Positions 36,925 through 50,387 of a stretch of DNA of 58,211 nucleotides are shown here, in pieces. The number at the start of each line of letters is the position of its first letter. The first letter of the stretch is position 1. Both the position numbers and the translations under genes were made by a program. This DNA is from Octopus bimaculoides. Lineage: Eukaryota. The notes beneath the pieces were generated by a model. That model searched no databases. It saw only the letters and a program-made list of their open reading frames with translations, and had not been told where the DNA came from. Location of the stretch: contig NC_068983.1 of NCBI RefSeq assembly GCF_001194135.2, positions 119,038,935 to 119,097,145 on the forward strand, in the 5' to 3' direction.

Positions 36925-37085
36925 GACACATTCTTTATTCTCTCCCTGTTTCTTTCTGTGTTCCTTTCTGTGGAAGAGCGTAGGCTCGAAACGTTTAAGA
37001 CTTTTTCACTTCCCGAGCGTTAAACTAATACATCTGTTTGTTGTTTATACTACGTGTCTTCGTCTTTTGTTTGTTTTTCTTTTTG
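36925..37085 (+). repeat. Dispersed repeat resembling a Penelope-like element terminus (partner 7965-8135)
   Basis: CTGTGGAAGAGCGTAGGCTCGAAACGT...CACTTCCCGAGCGTTAAACTAATACATCTG. Confidence 0.65.
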
Positions 37086-37689
37086 CATAATATTTTTATT
37101 TTGTGCTGTTAAATGTTTTAATTATTTCTGTTTTCCTCGCATACTGTTTTTATCTGTTATCTGGTGCGGTACGGTGGATTAATTTAAGACTTTAGCTTTT
37201 ATTTCAAGCAGGTAGATGCTTGTTGAGCATCATTACGCTTCGTGCAAATTTATAATTCATAGCTACATAATGCTATTGCACCTGCGATCTACCTATGTTA
37301 CTGCTGGTGATATCATCAATTTTAAAATTTATCAATAGATATGAACAGTAGTAACATCTGATTTCAAATCTCAGTGTTTGAATATTTTGCTTATATATAT
37401 ATATATATAGGTTACTGTGTGTGTGAGCGTGCTTATTTATATATACCAAAATTTGCATCATTGGAAGAAGATTAATTTGCTTTTAACCAGAATGCAAACT
37501 GCATTACAATGTTTTTCATTTTTTCAATCATTTCTAAAATACCCCGTGTTTAAAAGGTTTATACTGTGACAATAAAGACAGTCTCTTGCAGAGATAAAAT
37601 GTCTGTAAAAAGAATAATAGACTTTCATTTGAAACAAATGGCATCAAATATGTTCAGATCCTACCATAAACTCAACGTTTCAATAATTT

Positions 37690-38370
37690 ACGTTCGGGGT
37701 CGATAAAATATGTACCAGTTGGACATTGCAATTGATATAATCGATTTACCATCTCCTGGAAATTGCTGGCCTTGTGCCAAAATATGAAACCAATAGTTTA
37801 CCTTTCTCAAAAACATCGATTCATGCCCCACTTAGTCACCATATGGCCTCTGGTTGACTAATCCTTGTCCACTCCAGATGAAACTTTAATTTAGATCCTT
37901 ATCTTTCATGCATTACCAAAAGTAAACTTTAGCATCAATTTGGCATGACTGGTTGTCGAGGCACTCCACTATTGTTTCCTCAGCAAAAAATAAGAATCGC
38001 TAGATTTATTATCTTGAATAAATACGATTATGACAATATATATTCAATATTTTTCTCATTAGTATTATTTTGATATCAATCTGTTAAGTAAAGAAGTGTT
38101 TTTATCACCCATGATGATCTGTTCCAAAAGTGTAAAATGAAGTACAATGGAAGTCTATTTGCTTTATTAATATAGACCACGGACTGGCAGAATCGTTCGC
38201 ACGTCAAATTAAAAAACTGTTCAGCAGTATTTTCTTCATTTTTACACGCTGAGTTCCAATTCCGCTGGAGTTGACTTTGCCATCTCGGGCTCGTGGAAAT
38301 CGGTTGAGCATTGGGGTCGATGTAATCAACTAACCCTTCCCACAATATTACAGGCCTTGTATACCTATAG
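37690..38370 (+). mobile_element. Two SINE family A remnants (37690-37795 and 38175-38370)
   Basis: GGGGTCGATAAAAT/GTACCAG and CTGGCAGAATCGTT...GGGGTCGATGTAATC motifs. Confidence 0.7.
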
Positions 38371-39087
38371 TTAAAAGGATATTTGTGTTATTTAATAGAG
38401 GAATGAAGCAGGCATACTAAATGCTCAGTATTATATATTTTGTTACATCGCTATTTTAAGTTCAATGTATGCTAAAGTCTGTTTCATCCTCCAGTATTTC
38501 TGGGTTAATAATGTACCATATTTATTCGAGAGATTTTTAATATAACCCTATGACATTCCTACCTTGAAATATTTACTACAAATATGACAGAGCTTTCCCA
38601 CTTGTTATTACATCTCTCTTCTTCGTTACTTACCTACACTTGCCTTTCTACGTTTCATGATTCACTAAATTGTCGTGACACCATTTAAGGTAAGGTGACG
38701 TTTCATGCAAAATATGATATGAGCTCATCACATCGACTAACAAAACGTTCAAAGAAATTTAGTATCTGTGTCTTTTATCGACCTCGGTGAGAACTGAACC
38801 CAGAAGTTAGAGGGTGAAACTAAATATTGCTAGACATTTAATCCAGTGTTCCGTTTCCGCAATTCCACCGGCTTTAAATACATTTATTAATATTTGCTGT
38901 GACAGCTGTTTTTATTTAGCTCTGATTAAAATAACTCTGAAATTATACAAAGCCCCATGATTCTATATTTAAATGGTAAATCAGTGCTTTACTGCAGAAT
39001 ACTTTTTAGATATAAATATTTACTGCTTAAGCAAGTGCTGTACAGCAAAGGTTAAGCATCCGGCCATCCGAATCTGTGATGCTGCTT

Positions 39088-39178
39088 CAATCTCTAATTT
39101 GCTACAATCTCTTGTTTGCATGTAATTTGCTACAATCTCTAATTTGCGTGTAATCTCTTGTTTACTACAAATTTGCTA
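39088..39178. repeat. Short minisatellite, ~17-bp unit CAATCTCTAATTTGCTA
   Basis: About five degenerate units visible. Confidence 0.7.
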
Positions 39179-39429
39179 TTTGTGGAAGGCATAAATGCGA
39201 CACGTTTGTGCCACTCTACTGCTTCTAAGAATAAAATTAAAATGTGTATTAATAACTGTAGATTGTGTTGCATTAATAATGGTAAGCATCACGATGTCAT
39301 TTATTTAGTAAACAGTTGTTTATTGTCTGACGAGGCAAAAAGAAAAAAAAACATTTTCATTACTGTGTTTCAGTTGAGGAGGACATAATTTCCGGTGTTG
39401 TATTCACAGAACTGTCAGAGCATTGGACA

Positions 39430-40385
39430 AATGTTACGCAGATCTTCACTTTACCTTTCGTCCTTTCGGTGTCAATAAAGTATGTACCAGTTGAGCACTG
39501 AAGTCGATGTAATTGACTTATCCCCTTCTCCGAAATTGTTGGCCTTGAGCCAAACTTTAAAATCATTATTACATTTATTATTAAGGCAGCGAGCTGACAG
39601 AACCGTTAGCATGCGGACAAAATGCCCAACGACATTTCTTTCAGCTTTACGTTCTAAGTTTAAATTCTACCAAGGTAGACTTTGCCTTTCATCCTTCAGG
39701 ATCGTTAAAATAAGTACCAATCGAGCACTAGGGTCGATGCAATCGACTAGTATTTCAGTCCTTGTGACAATAAAAGAAGCGATTAATAAGAACAGTGGAT
39801 TGACAGAATCGTAAGAGCATCGGATAAAAATGCTTTGCAGTGATTGTTCCGTCCTTTTGCAATCTAAGTTCAAATCCCATCGTGGTTATCTTTACTTTTC
39901 ATTCTTTAATGGTCAATAAATTAAAGTACTGATCAAGTACTGCTCCCTTCTAAAATTCGACACCTTGTGTTTATGTAAGAAATTATTGGTTTCAAATTTT
40001 GGCACAAAGCCAGTAATTTCGGAAGGAGTAAGTCAATTGCATAAACACTAGTGTTCGACTGGTACTTATTTTATTGACCCCGAAAGGATGAAAGGCAAAG
40101 TCAACTCTGACGGAATTTGAATTCAGAAAGTAAAGGCGGACGAAATGCCCAGCGCGGTAACGATTCTGCCGGTTCGCCGCCTTTATGTAAGAAATTAACG
40201 TAATTTTCTTGAGAACAATAGATAAGCAAGATTGTCCAAGCGTTGTAGTAATTGTTCTGGCTCTTAACTTTCCGACGTCAAATTCTGCCGCGGTCAACTT
40301 TGTTTTTCACTCTCCCGGTGTCAAGAAAATAAAGTACCAGTCAAGTACTAGGATTACTGTATCGACTAACTCGCCAAATTATAAA
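39430..40385. mobile_element. Cluster of five SINE family A copies or fragments (four +, one - at ~39985-40185)
   Basis: Repeated head and body motifs at ~39430, 39583, 39790, 39985(-) and 40265. Confidence 0.75.
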
Positions 40386-41604
40386 GTATGATTATTATCA
40401 GTTTCTGAAGAGACAAGTTCATGCCATTTGACAGTATCGTGTGACGCTGGATAGACTACATCAGTGTTTCGTTCAAGTCTCTATCCTCCAAAAATAAAGT
40501 CTTTAAGCTATGTAGCTGTTGAATATAAAACAGTATTAGTAAACTTTTCTCTTTTTGGTTACTGTACATGATAACCAGCCGAAGGAAAACTGATTTGCTC
40601 AAAACAAAACAAAAAAAAAACTAGGTAAATCTCCCTCGAGTCACACCCTACATTCTTAAGAAAGAAAGGGCATGATGGACAACCCAGTCCATGCTATACA
40701 AATAGACTGGAATTCCTTTGATTATAGGTCTGTCCATTTGCAGGTGATCTTGGGCTAAACAACAGCAACATGTAACAAGTGAGAGACACCCTACATGATT
40801 GCTTGACTTGGTAGAAATATCAGCCAAATCTCTCTCAATGCACTTTCCACTGCTTTATAAAGCGTACTGAATAACGTATTTGACAATAAAAACAGCTATA
40901 TTTGAAAAAAACGAGATAATCACGATTAGAACGCTTTGATCATATGCCACTTTTGACTTAGAACGAAATAAAGTCTACTACTAATGACTTACAACGAAAT
41001 GAATGTCCCTTGAGTGAAAATTATATTGACATTAGCAATATATACCTCGTACAACGTTTTCGATCATTAGAAGGGAAAAAAAGCAGGATATTCTGAAGTT
41101 ACGGCTACTTTGTTTTCTCACCAGAACATTAGTGGCGTAAGTAAAGTTAAAATGTTTGAGACGAGAATCGAAACAGGGATCAGACGCATTCTTGTCTGTC
41201 TCCTGTCCAAGCTTGTTCCACCGCGTTCGCCACCTCACCTTGTTTAGGCTTAGCAGCCCTTCCTGTTTGTTTCACTGTCCTATTTTTGTTACCAATTTTG
41301 ACCCTCCGCAAAATCCTAAATTTTATATAATTTGCTTTGGAGGAGCAACTGTTTTGTCGAATGCGTATCTTGTTGTGAATTGCTCGAAATACGGAATAGA
41401 AAAACAGCCGACAACTAATGAAGGATTATTCTTTATGTTGCTTGTCTTGTTTTCCATTTGTTTCTTTCGTTGTTCATGTTCCGTGTATTCATATTTCGTA
41501 TTTCATGTTGTTTACGTTCTGTGACATCTTGTGCCCACATATGCATATGTATATACATATATATGTAAGTATGTACATATATGTATGTATATATGCATAT
41601 ATAT

Positions 41605-41637
41605 TATTTATATTATTATTATTATTATTATTGTTGC

Positions 41638-41697
<60 letters not shown>

Positions 41698-41709
41698 TAN
41701 NNNNNNNNN

Positions 41710-41746
<37 letters not shown>
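41605..41746. repeat. (ATT)n plus (TA)n compound microsatellite with a gap
   Basis: Directly visible. Confidence 0.95.
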
Positions 41747-41748
<2 letters not shown>

Positions 41749-42914
41749 CGAGAAGGAACGAAGAACAACAAAGAAATGTAGTTTCAGCTACCGATGCAAC
41801 ATTACCTAAAATAGATCAACAATGGAATGTTTGCGTGCCTGCTCAACCTCCTCTTCCCTATATCATACCTTATCCTAGTAGAAAATAAGGGGGGAAAAGG
41901 ATAAATCTAAGAAAGTAAAAGCCAAACGCTCGAAGCCGAAATGTTATCAACCTTAGGCCTGTTTCATCGGAGCTGACTTGGGACGAAGCGACCGAAATGA
42001 CAATATTGCAACGTAACCTTTTAAATCTTGACAATATTTATTGCTTTCAAAATGATTGTGTAATTCTAATTTTTGAAATTGCATAAATATTATGATACAA
42101 TTACGCATATTGTATTAAATATATTGAGAATTGATTTTATCGCTTCATATGTGCAAATTTGTACAAATTTGTATACAAAATATATAACTGAATTTGTGTG
42201 CGCGCATGCGCATACATCACCTTTTTGCATGCGCGCACGCTTGTGTGTGTGTGAGAGAGGGAGTTCATATTTCAAGAGATCTGTAAAAGAAATTGAAATT
42301 TGCTCCTTATCCTTAAGCTTCGATTATTTTATCATTGTAAGTTACATCATCTCATCATTCCATTCAGTTTGATATCCCATACAAAAACTGACTATCATTG
42401 AATAAACAAAATATACATGTCAAAGCAAGGTTAATGTTAGCAACCAATTGTTTATAAAAAAAATGTTCAGCTTTGCTTCTGTAAGCATGGAAAGAATTCC
42501 GAATGGCGCCTCGTAGACAGCAGTCGAATGTAAACAGTAAAACACGGCAATATACGTTTATATAATACTGATCTTACTGAAATGAGTGTGTTATTATTGC
42601 TGGTTTCATCATCTTTATCATCGTTATTTTCATCATTATCGTTGTAATGATTATGGATTTTGTAATTAAGAATGACCACCTAAAATTATGAAACTCGATG
42701 TAAATAGAATGTCGTAGTGTTCATACACTACATCTATTTACATAATGAGTGAAACATTCAGCTAAAAACCGATTCGCATATGAATTTCCAGCTGTCATAC
42801 TAACACCATCACTACTAACAACAACTTCAATCACCATCACCACAACGGCAGACCAAAGAAGGAGGCCTCTGAGTGGTTGCTTGACTCGTTAGAAGTAGCA
42901 AATAAATAGCCCTC

Positions 42915-43736
42915 GGATCTTTCTGATTTGGCGGACACCATTTGTTTTCTAACGAAACACTTTCAAACTTGGGATACAGGTAGAATGTGTCATATAAAAC
43001 ATCTTTTTCTCTTAGCCTTGTTAAGAAAAGTTTGTATATTCGAAGTTATTTCATGTTAAAAGTTGTCGTATTTCGGTAATTTCAACCAATCACTGATGTC
43101 TATTGAGGTGAAAACAATTACTGCTGTGGTTTGTCAACAACACGTTGAATAAAATTACTGCCGTTGTTTGTCAACAACAACTATCGGCAGTACTGTTATT
43201 TATGACATCGTCCGTGCGTTTGTACGGGTTTTAGCTTTGGGGTTTTAGGGTTAGGGTTCGGGTTTTAGGGTTAGGGTTATGAGTATTTTTGCTAAATTTG
43301 GTGAAAACTTTGTAGCGGTGTATTGAACAGATTTTCACAAAATTTGGCAAACATACTCATAGCCCTAACCCTAACCCTAACCCTAAATCCCAAACCAGTA
43401 CAAACGCACGAAAGATGTGATAAATAACAATACCGCCGATAGTTGTTGTTGACAGACAACGGCAGTAATTTTATTCAAGGGAAAAGATCCCATTACACCG
43501 CCACAAAGCGTTGTTGACAAACCACAGCAGTAATTGTTTTCACCTCAATAGACGTCAGTGATTGGTTGAAATTACCGAAATACGACAACTTTTAACATGA
43601 AATAACTTTGAATATAAAATTTTTTCTCTGTTCTATAAGACAAAATATACAAGTATACGAAGTTTTAGAGTATTTCGGTAGAAAACACTAAATAAAAACT
43701 AAATAAAATATGGTGTCCGCCAAATCAGAAGGATCC
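42915..43736. mobile_element. GGATC-ended foldback element, copy 2, with head-to-head telomere-like repeats
   Basis: TIR GGATCTTTCTGATTTGGCGGACACCA / TGGTGTCCGCCAAATCAGAAGGATCC; TSD TAGCCCTC / TAGCCCAC; core TTAGGG, hairpin, CCCTAA. Confidence 0.92.
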
Positions 43737-45049
43737 TAGCCCACAAATCACAACCTACTGCTTTATAAAGAAACGACATACTTGATAATGTGATCGTAAA
43801 TAAACACTAGAATGGGATGGTCATTTTTTAAAAACCATTTTAATGTTAGGCCTGCCCAGTCAGAGCTAAAATGGGGCTAAACAGTAACAACATCGTGAAC
43901 ATCAATCACCATAATATCAACATAATGATTACAAGAAATGAGTCCTCCAATCAGAATGAGCTCGTCAGACTTAGTTGAGTTACTCGAATAGAGAAACTGT
44001 GATTGGGAACCGAAATGCCACGCTCCCTAAAGATACTAACTTTATAAAGAACGAATAGACAGATGAGTGTACAAACGTAAAAATAATTAAATCAGTTGTT
44101 CTCAACTTCTTGTTCATCACCTCCTTTGCATATTTCAATGGCGCCTCAGCTGTGCCTCCTACTCTTTTTTTTTTTTTTTTTTTTTTTTAGATAATTGCAT
44201 GGATTAGTTTACCTCCCTAGTTAAATGTTTATGAAAATTACTAAAAGCGAGAGTGTATGAGATTATATTAGACTCCAGCGCTTTATCAGTTATGTTTCTG
44301 CTTACTGATAACATAAGGTTTAACTCATATTCTAACCCCGACAATGATTTTGGTAATGTGTTTAAAATATAAGTATCGCACCTGGTTTAAACATTTTATT
44401 TCTAAGAAAATTCTGTCCTTTCTAAATACCTAGCACCCATCATAGCCGTCTCCCACCCTTGATATATACCGCCCTCTGATGAACTCAGAACGCCCACAAG
44501 GGTGTGCTACCGCCCAAGTCAAAGCACTATGTTAGACAAATGAAACTGAAGCTGACGTTTCTTTCATTGTTGTCTTTTAATTTTTTGTGTATTTTTTTTA
44601 GTGAGGTGGGAGGTGTAATGATGCAGCATTAAGCGGAGAACAGGTTGTATCTTAACTACTGCTTGAAAGATTAGGATATTCTACTGCTGTCGTGGAGTTT
44701 TACTTTAAAGATCTTTAAAAATACCACGACATAGGTGATATGCTCGTACTAATAAATACTATTATAGTAATGTTTACATTAGGCCCTTTAATATGCGGAG
44801 GAAACCTCTTCCAGATAAGAGGAGTTAATATTCATCTAGTATCATATTTAGGAGGTGAGAGAAAGATCAGGATTGACGAAAATGTGTTACAGTATCAAAT
44901 GGAATTAGTATGATGGCATAGGCACTGATAGCAGGGGCAGTGGGCACAAATGCCGAGCGCCGACGAATAAAATTTCGTCGATCAGGCAGACAAACGCTAT
45001 TTTCCTTAGGACATATTGGTAATATACGCATTGCCGCAAATGTATAAGC

Positions 45050-45200
45050 AATATTTATTTCTTTATTGTCTACAGGGGGCTCAACATAGAGGGGACAACT
45101 AAGAACAAAGGGATTAAATCGATTACATCGATCCCAGTGCATAACTGGTACTTATTTAATCGACCCCGAAAAAATGAAAGGCAAAGTCGACCTCGGGCAA
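45050..45200 (-). mobile_element. 5'-truncated SINE family A
   Basis: Reverse complement of the family A body and AAAGAAATAAATAT tail. Confidence 0.8.
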
Positions 45201-45510
45201 ATGTTCAACCAATATTGCCCAGATTAATACGTGCTCGTGTCTTTGTACAAAATCTGGTCAGATTGATTGCACTTGTTCAGCTTAATGTCATCAACTGGCA
45301 TTTGTCTGTCGTGAGCAGAGTTCACTTTCTTTTAAACATTCGGCTCAGGAGTGCGAGCTGAAGATTTTCACTCATTTCTTTCCATCCATCTCGGTGTCCC
45401 TGCAAAAGACCATCAGCAATCCCCATAATCCTTTGTCTAAATAAGAAAATTTCATAAAAACACCTATTAATTAACAAAACAACTGTGTGTGCACGTCCAT
45501 ACAAGCAGGT

Positions 45511-45559
<49 letters not shown>

Positions 45560-46523
45560 ATCACACACACATATATATATATGTTATAGATATTTGTGAC
45601 ATGAATTTCGTGTCCCGCAGTTTATTCGAACAGTAATTAAACAGAGCTTATAATTCTTTAGATTAACTTAAAATTCGAATCAATCACTATAATCTTATAG
45701 AATACCAAATTTACTAAATTCATTTCTCATAAATAAACCTTTTTTAACAAAAGATCTTATTTTGTGTAAATACCTATTTGTCTCGGTGTGTGAGTAAATC
45801 TTGAGAAGCGAATGTTGAAGTCAATTCGAATATATAATTAATTTGACTCCGTCCTTATCGAGTCATTTATCAGTAAATGTGTCTTGTTATTTGTCATTTG
45901 GCAACCCTAACAACAATAATGTGCGTGCGTGCGTGTGTGTGTGTGTGTGTGTGTGTGCGTGTGTGCGTGTGTGTGTGTGTTGTATGTGTACGGTTAATGC
46001 CGTCTGCTGTTACTTCAAGTTTCATGATTGTTCAATCTATTTAACAGTCGTTGTTGGCTTATAATGAAAGACATGTTTTAATCCAAGATAGTGCAGGCAC
46101 TACGCTATTTTATTGCCTAACATAGATCACGTAAGTAACATGAAAAATCGATAATTCACGACTGACAAGTTTTTCGAGAAAGTATATAACACTATATCAT
46201 TCTCAGGATATATTTTCATATACTTCTCATAGGCAAAAATCAACATTTTACTGACATATTAGTTTGGATTTCTAGGTGAAGTTTCTTGATATGTCATACA
46301 TCACAGAGTGAACAGAACACCTCTGTCTTAAGGAAAGTTTGCACTAGATTTGATAGCAGAAATCAACATTCAACTTAAAATTTATATTACTGTTTTATGT
46401 TGAGTATCCTAATAGTCCTTGTGTTGGCTGTAGATCCAGCTAAACTGCAATTCAAAACCCACAGGAAGAGGAATATGATTGAATACTACAAGTTTTTTAC
46501 GATTTATTATTTATTTATATATT

Positions 46524-46745
46524 GAAGGCGGCGTGCTGGCAGAACTGTTTTGCGCACCAGACAACTTGCTTAGTAGCATTTCGTCCGTCTTCGCATTCTG
46601 GGTTCAAATTCGGCCGAGGTCGACTTTGGCTTTCATCCTTTTGGGGTTGATAAAATAATTACTAGCTGAGTACTGGGATCAATGTAATCGACTTATCTCC
46701 CTCCACCAAACTTGTTGACCTTGCGCCAAAATTTGAAACGATAAT
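46524..46745 (+). mobile_element. SINE family A
   Basis: AAGGCGGCGTGCTGGCAGAA head, GGGTTCAAATTC B-box, full body. Confidence 0.85.
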
Positions 46746-47330
46746 TTATTCATATATTTATTGCATGGAGACACAACAGATAGATGTCTTCTCTCGTATT
46801 TAAGATGTGGTCAAATAGTATCATAACATTGCATTTTTCAGTTGCATGTTATTTGACAGAAACTCCGCTATAGCCGGTTCCAAGTCCGGTTGAGAAAGGA
46901 AGAGGGTGGTAGGTGTAGTGTTAGCAGCCTTGCTCTTTCAATTTTGTTCATTGTTACTGAAATGCAAGAAGTATATATATGAAGTTTCTTTTGGTAAGAG
47001 GAGGCAGTCATCAGAGACTGTGTATGAAGCAATGCATCGAAAACCAAGAAGAAGTTATGATGTAGAAGAACTTTCTCTCGACAAGACCAAAAACCAAAAT
47101 ACACAGAAGCTCCACAGAAATTGAAGCACTGACAGGCGGCTATGCTTGGTTACAATTGCAATTTATTGCGAAGGATCAAGACAAATGGAGATCATTTGTT
47201 GGCTCACTATGCTCCGTTTATAGTCAAAGGAGATAATGAATAATAGCTGACTGTAGATTTTTGTCTCACTCAGCACAAACATAGATCTATACATACACAT
47301 ACGTGTATGCGTGTGTTTGACTATTTTACA

Positions 47331-47362
<32 letters not shown>

Positions 47363-49407
47363 CTGGCTGTTACTCTTGATATTTTGTAAACTCGGCTCAT
47401 ACTTTTATGTTATGTCACTTGCAAAAGATTTGTTGGACTAGTTTCTTCTGAAGTAAAAGTGTCATTATTTCCCACTGAACTCCAGAAAAAGTATAACTAT
47501 CAAAGCAAATTATAAGTGGAATATAACATATTATAGTAAGAAAAGCGATAAATTGTTTGTTATTGCGCTTTAGTTTGAAATTGCGTGTAGCTAAATCAAA
47601 ACTAAAAGCAAAGTTATGTTGTGTGTCTATTTTAAGAACAAACCAAAGTTATTTGAAGACGAAGTATAGCAATAGAAATCTTAGGGTGATGTGTGAATGA
47701 GACAATATTATCTTTAAAGTAATAGTCTTTACTAACCTATATTATATACTTTCTTTCCATATGTTGTGCAAATGAGCTCGAAACGTAATTTGTCATGACG
47801 ATTACAAACAACTACTTGCATATGAGTAAGTCATCATTCGTAGGATCAAAGTGTAGAACCATTTTATTTATTGTGACACTAAGTGACAGTACTTAAAGAA
47901 ACTTTCATGGTAACATCACGTATTTCCCTTCAAAATATAAACATCAAATCAAAACAGAGAAGCATCTTAATATACAAGATGCTTCTCTTCTATTTTATTT
48001 TCAGATCAAAGGGGAGCCTATACTTGACTATTCCTACGTTCTAGAATAGAACTATCCATATTTATCACGTTAAAAATGCAAGCACTTCCTGGACAATGTA
48101 ATCTTAGACAAGCTGTGTGACAAAAGAAGAAACGGTATAATCATGTGAGAACGACTTTGAAATAGGTCTCCTGGATCAGAGCTAACTTGAAGTTAAACAA
48201 GAAAACCAAGTAGCATTTGAGCTTTTAACAACAGATTTACTACAATGGTTTATAATTTATGGGACTTAACCCCATAATTACAAATATATTTCCTATATAG
48301 AATTAATTAGTTATTTTTAAGTCTGGCGTCTTGTGTAATTAAAATCAACTACTAAGTATTCTATCAGAGCATAAGTAATGTAGTAGGTTCTACATATTTT
48401 ATATGTTGTAGGGAAGCTTCTAGACATATGACTGTTTAGTATGTTAACCTAGTGTAACACTCTCTAATGACAAGTGTCAAATATAGCAACTTGATGTGGC
48501 GACATAATGGAAATGAAATTGCTGAGAAGATAAAGTGTTGTGTTACCAGCTCGTGTCTTGCTGCTTGTTTCCTCGTGTTTCTCCGCTGTACACTTAACTC
48601 TATGTGCCCCGCAAATGACTTTCTGCTACTATAGCTTGGACCTCTTTCCAAGTTGCCGAAATGCTCCTGTGGTCTAAATATGTGGTCTTATTTCATAAGG
48701 AAACTAAATACATATTATGATTCCATATATCAATGTATCTTAGTTCACCTATCTATTAGGAAAAGGTTTTAGATCTGCTGCTGACATTACTGGACTTAAT
48801 ATCTTCATAGAAAAAACATTCCGAATTTCTAAAACACCAAAATCCGAAAAGCTTCCGATTTAAAACGTTGCAGACGAATGATAATTCAACGTATAAGTTA
48901 TTGTTTAAGCAGCATGTGTAACTAAGTTTCATATTTTGCTAAAACATATATTTAATTTGTTAAAGCGGATGCTTTGCTTCAATACCGTCTTACTGCTCTC
49001 TTTACACTTTATATATGGTAGCTTAGGTTTTAAAAATATTATTTACAACATTGTTTATGAGGTTAAGAGGTTTGTGGGAAATATCCTCTCTGAAGATTGT
49101 ACTAACTGAATGTATATTTTCAATCCAAACAAAATACTAGCAAGACGTTTTAAAAAGGTGGTTAACCAATCGGTACTGGAATATGAAAATGTATTGTTCT
49201 GTATATATCATATCAACGTCTTTTTGGAATATAGTTATCCACTATATCATATATAATATATGATTGGAAGACATAATATTCATAAATTACTCCACTCAAT
49301 ATTCGCCCATTACTTTTATTTTGAAGCAAGATGGACTCATTTAACAGCAATAAAAGCACGATCGAATTTCTAGATGGTCATTCAGTTTGTGAGAAACAGC
49401 TGCCAAG

Positions 49408-49565
49408 CACGGGTGGACTGAGCCGTCGGTCAATCGAGCACTGCCCGAGGGCCTGGAGCTCTGAGGGGCCCGCATTCTACATGTTAACGCTACTTTGATA
49501 TCAATGCTAAGGGGCCCGGTAAACACTTGTGTCTGAGAGCCCTTAATATTCTCAGTCCACCCCTG
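49408..49565. mobile_element. 158-bp hAT-type MITE
   Basis: 15-bp TIR CACGGGTGGACTGAG / CTCAGTCCACCCCTG (14/15) and perfect 8-bp TSD CTGCCAAG (49400-49407 and 49566-49573). Confidence 0.92.
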
Positions 49566-50134
49566 CTGCCAAGTATACCTAATGTACGTCTTAATGTCTG
49601 AAAAGGGTAAGACACATTGGATAAAGTAGTCCAAGACAAAATGGGATATTCACGACTGAAATGCATTTGTACATGGGTCTGTCTGCACGATTAATATAAT
49701 CTGAACCGAAATATCACCAATAACAATATATACATCATGTATGTATGTATGTATGTATGTATGTACGTACATACGTACGTATGCATATATAGATGTATGT
49801 AAATTCATATATATTCATGCAAGCGCGTACACACACACACATATATGCTTACATATCGTATAGTAGAATTCTATTGTTGCATAATTTAAGAATTGGAAGA
49901 TGTTGCTGAGGATGTATAGAACGCATTGATAGAAATATACTTTAACATGACCCAGGAGTGTATAAATAATGTAAATGGCGTTGATGTAGAAACAATAGAT
50001 AAGCCATATCTATGACATATATACATACATCACATTTAAGTACGAAGTTCGCATATTTCTTCTCGACACACCCACAGCAGACGTCACGCTAAAATAAGCC
50101 AATCAGCACTCATTGAATAACTACATTTACACAT

Positions 50135-50137
<3 letters not shown>

Positions 50138-50199
<62 letters not shown>

Positions 50200-50200
50200 T
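50138..50200. repeat. (CT)n(CA)n microsatellite
   Basis: Directly visible. Confidence 0.95.
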
Positions 50201-50343
50201 ATACACATGCATGTGACTAGGTGTACAAGTGTGTGCGCATTCGCGCGCGCACGCGTGTGTGTGATAGGCAGACACAATACGTATGCGCATACATATCAAA
50301 ATATATGCACATATACATAAATACATACACGACTGTATGTGTG

Positions 50344-50387
<44 letters not shown>

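Noticed and set aside
39088-39178. CRISPR-like array
   Set aside because: Adjacent degenerate units without unique spacers, in a eukaryotic context. No CRISPR anywhere in the window.
44961-44980. CGACGAA-TAAAAT-TTCGTCG hairpin
   Set aside because: A 7-bp stem is expected by chance and has no supporting context.
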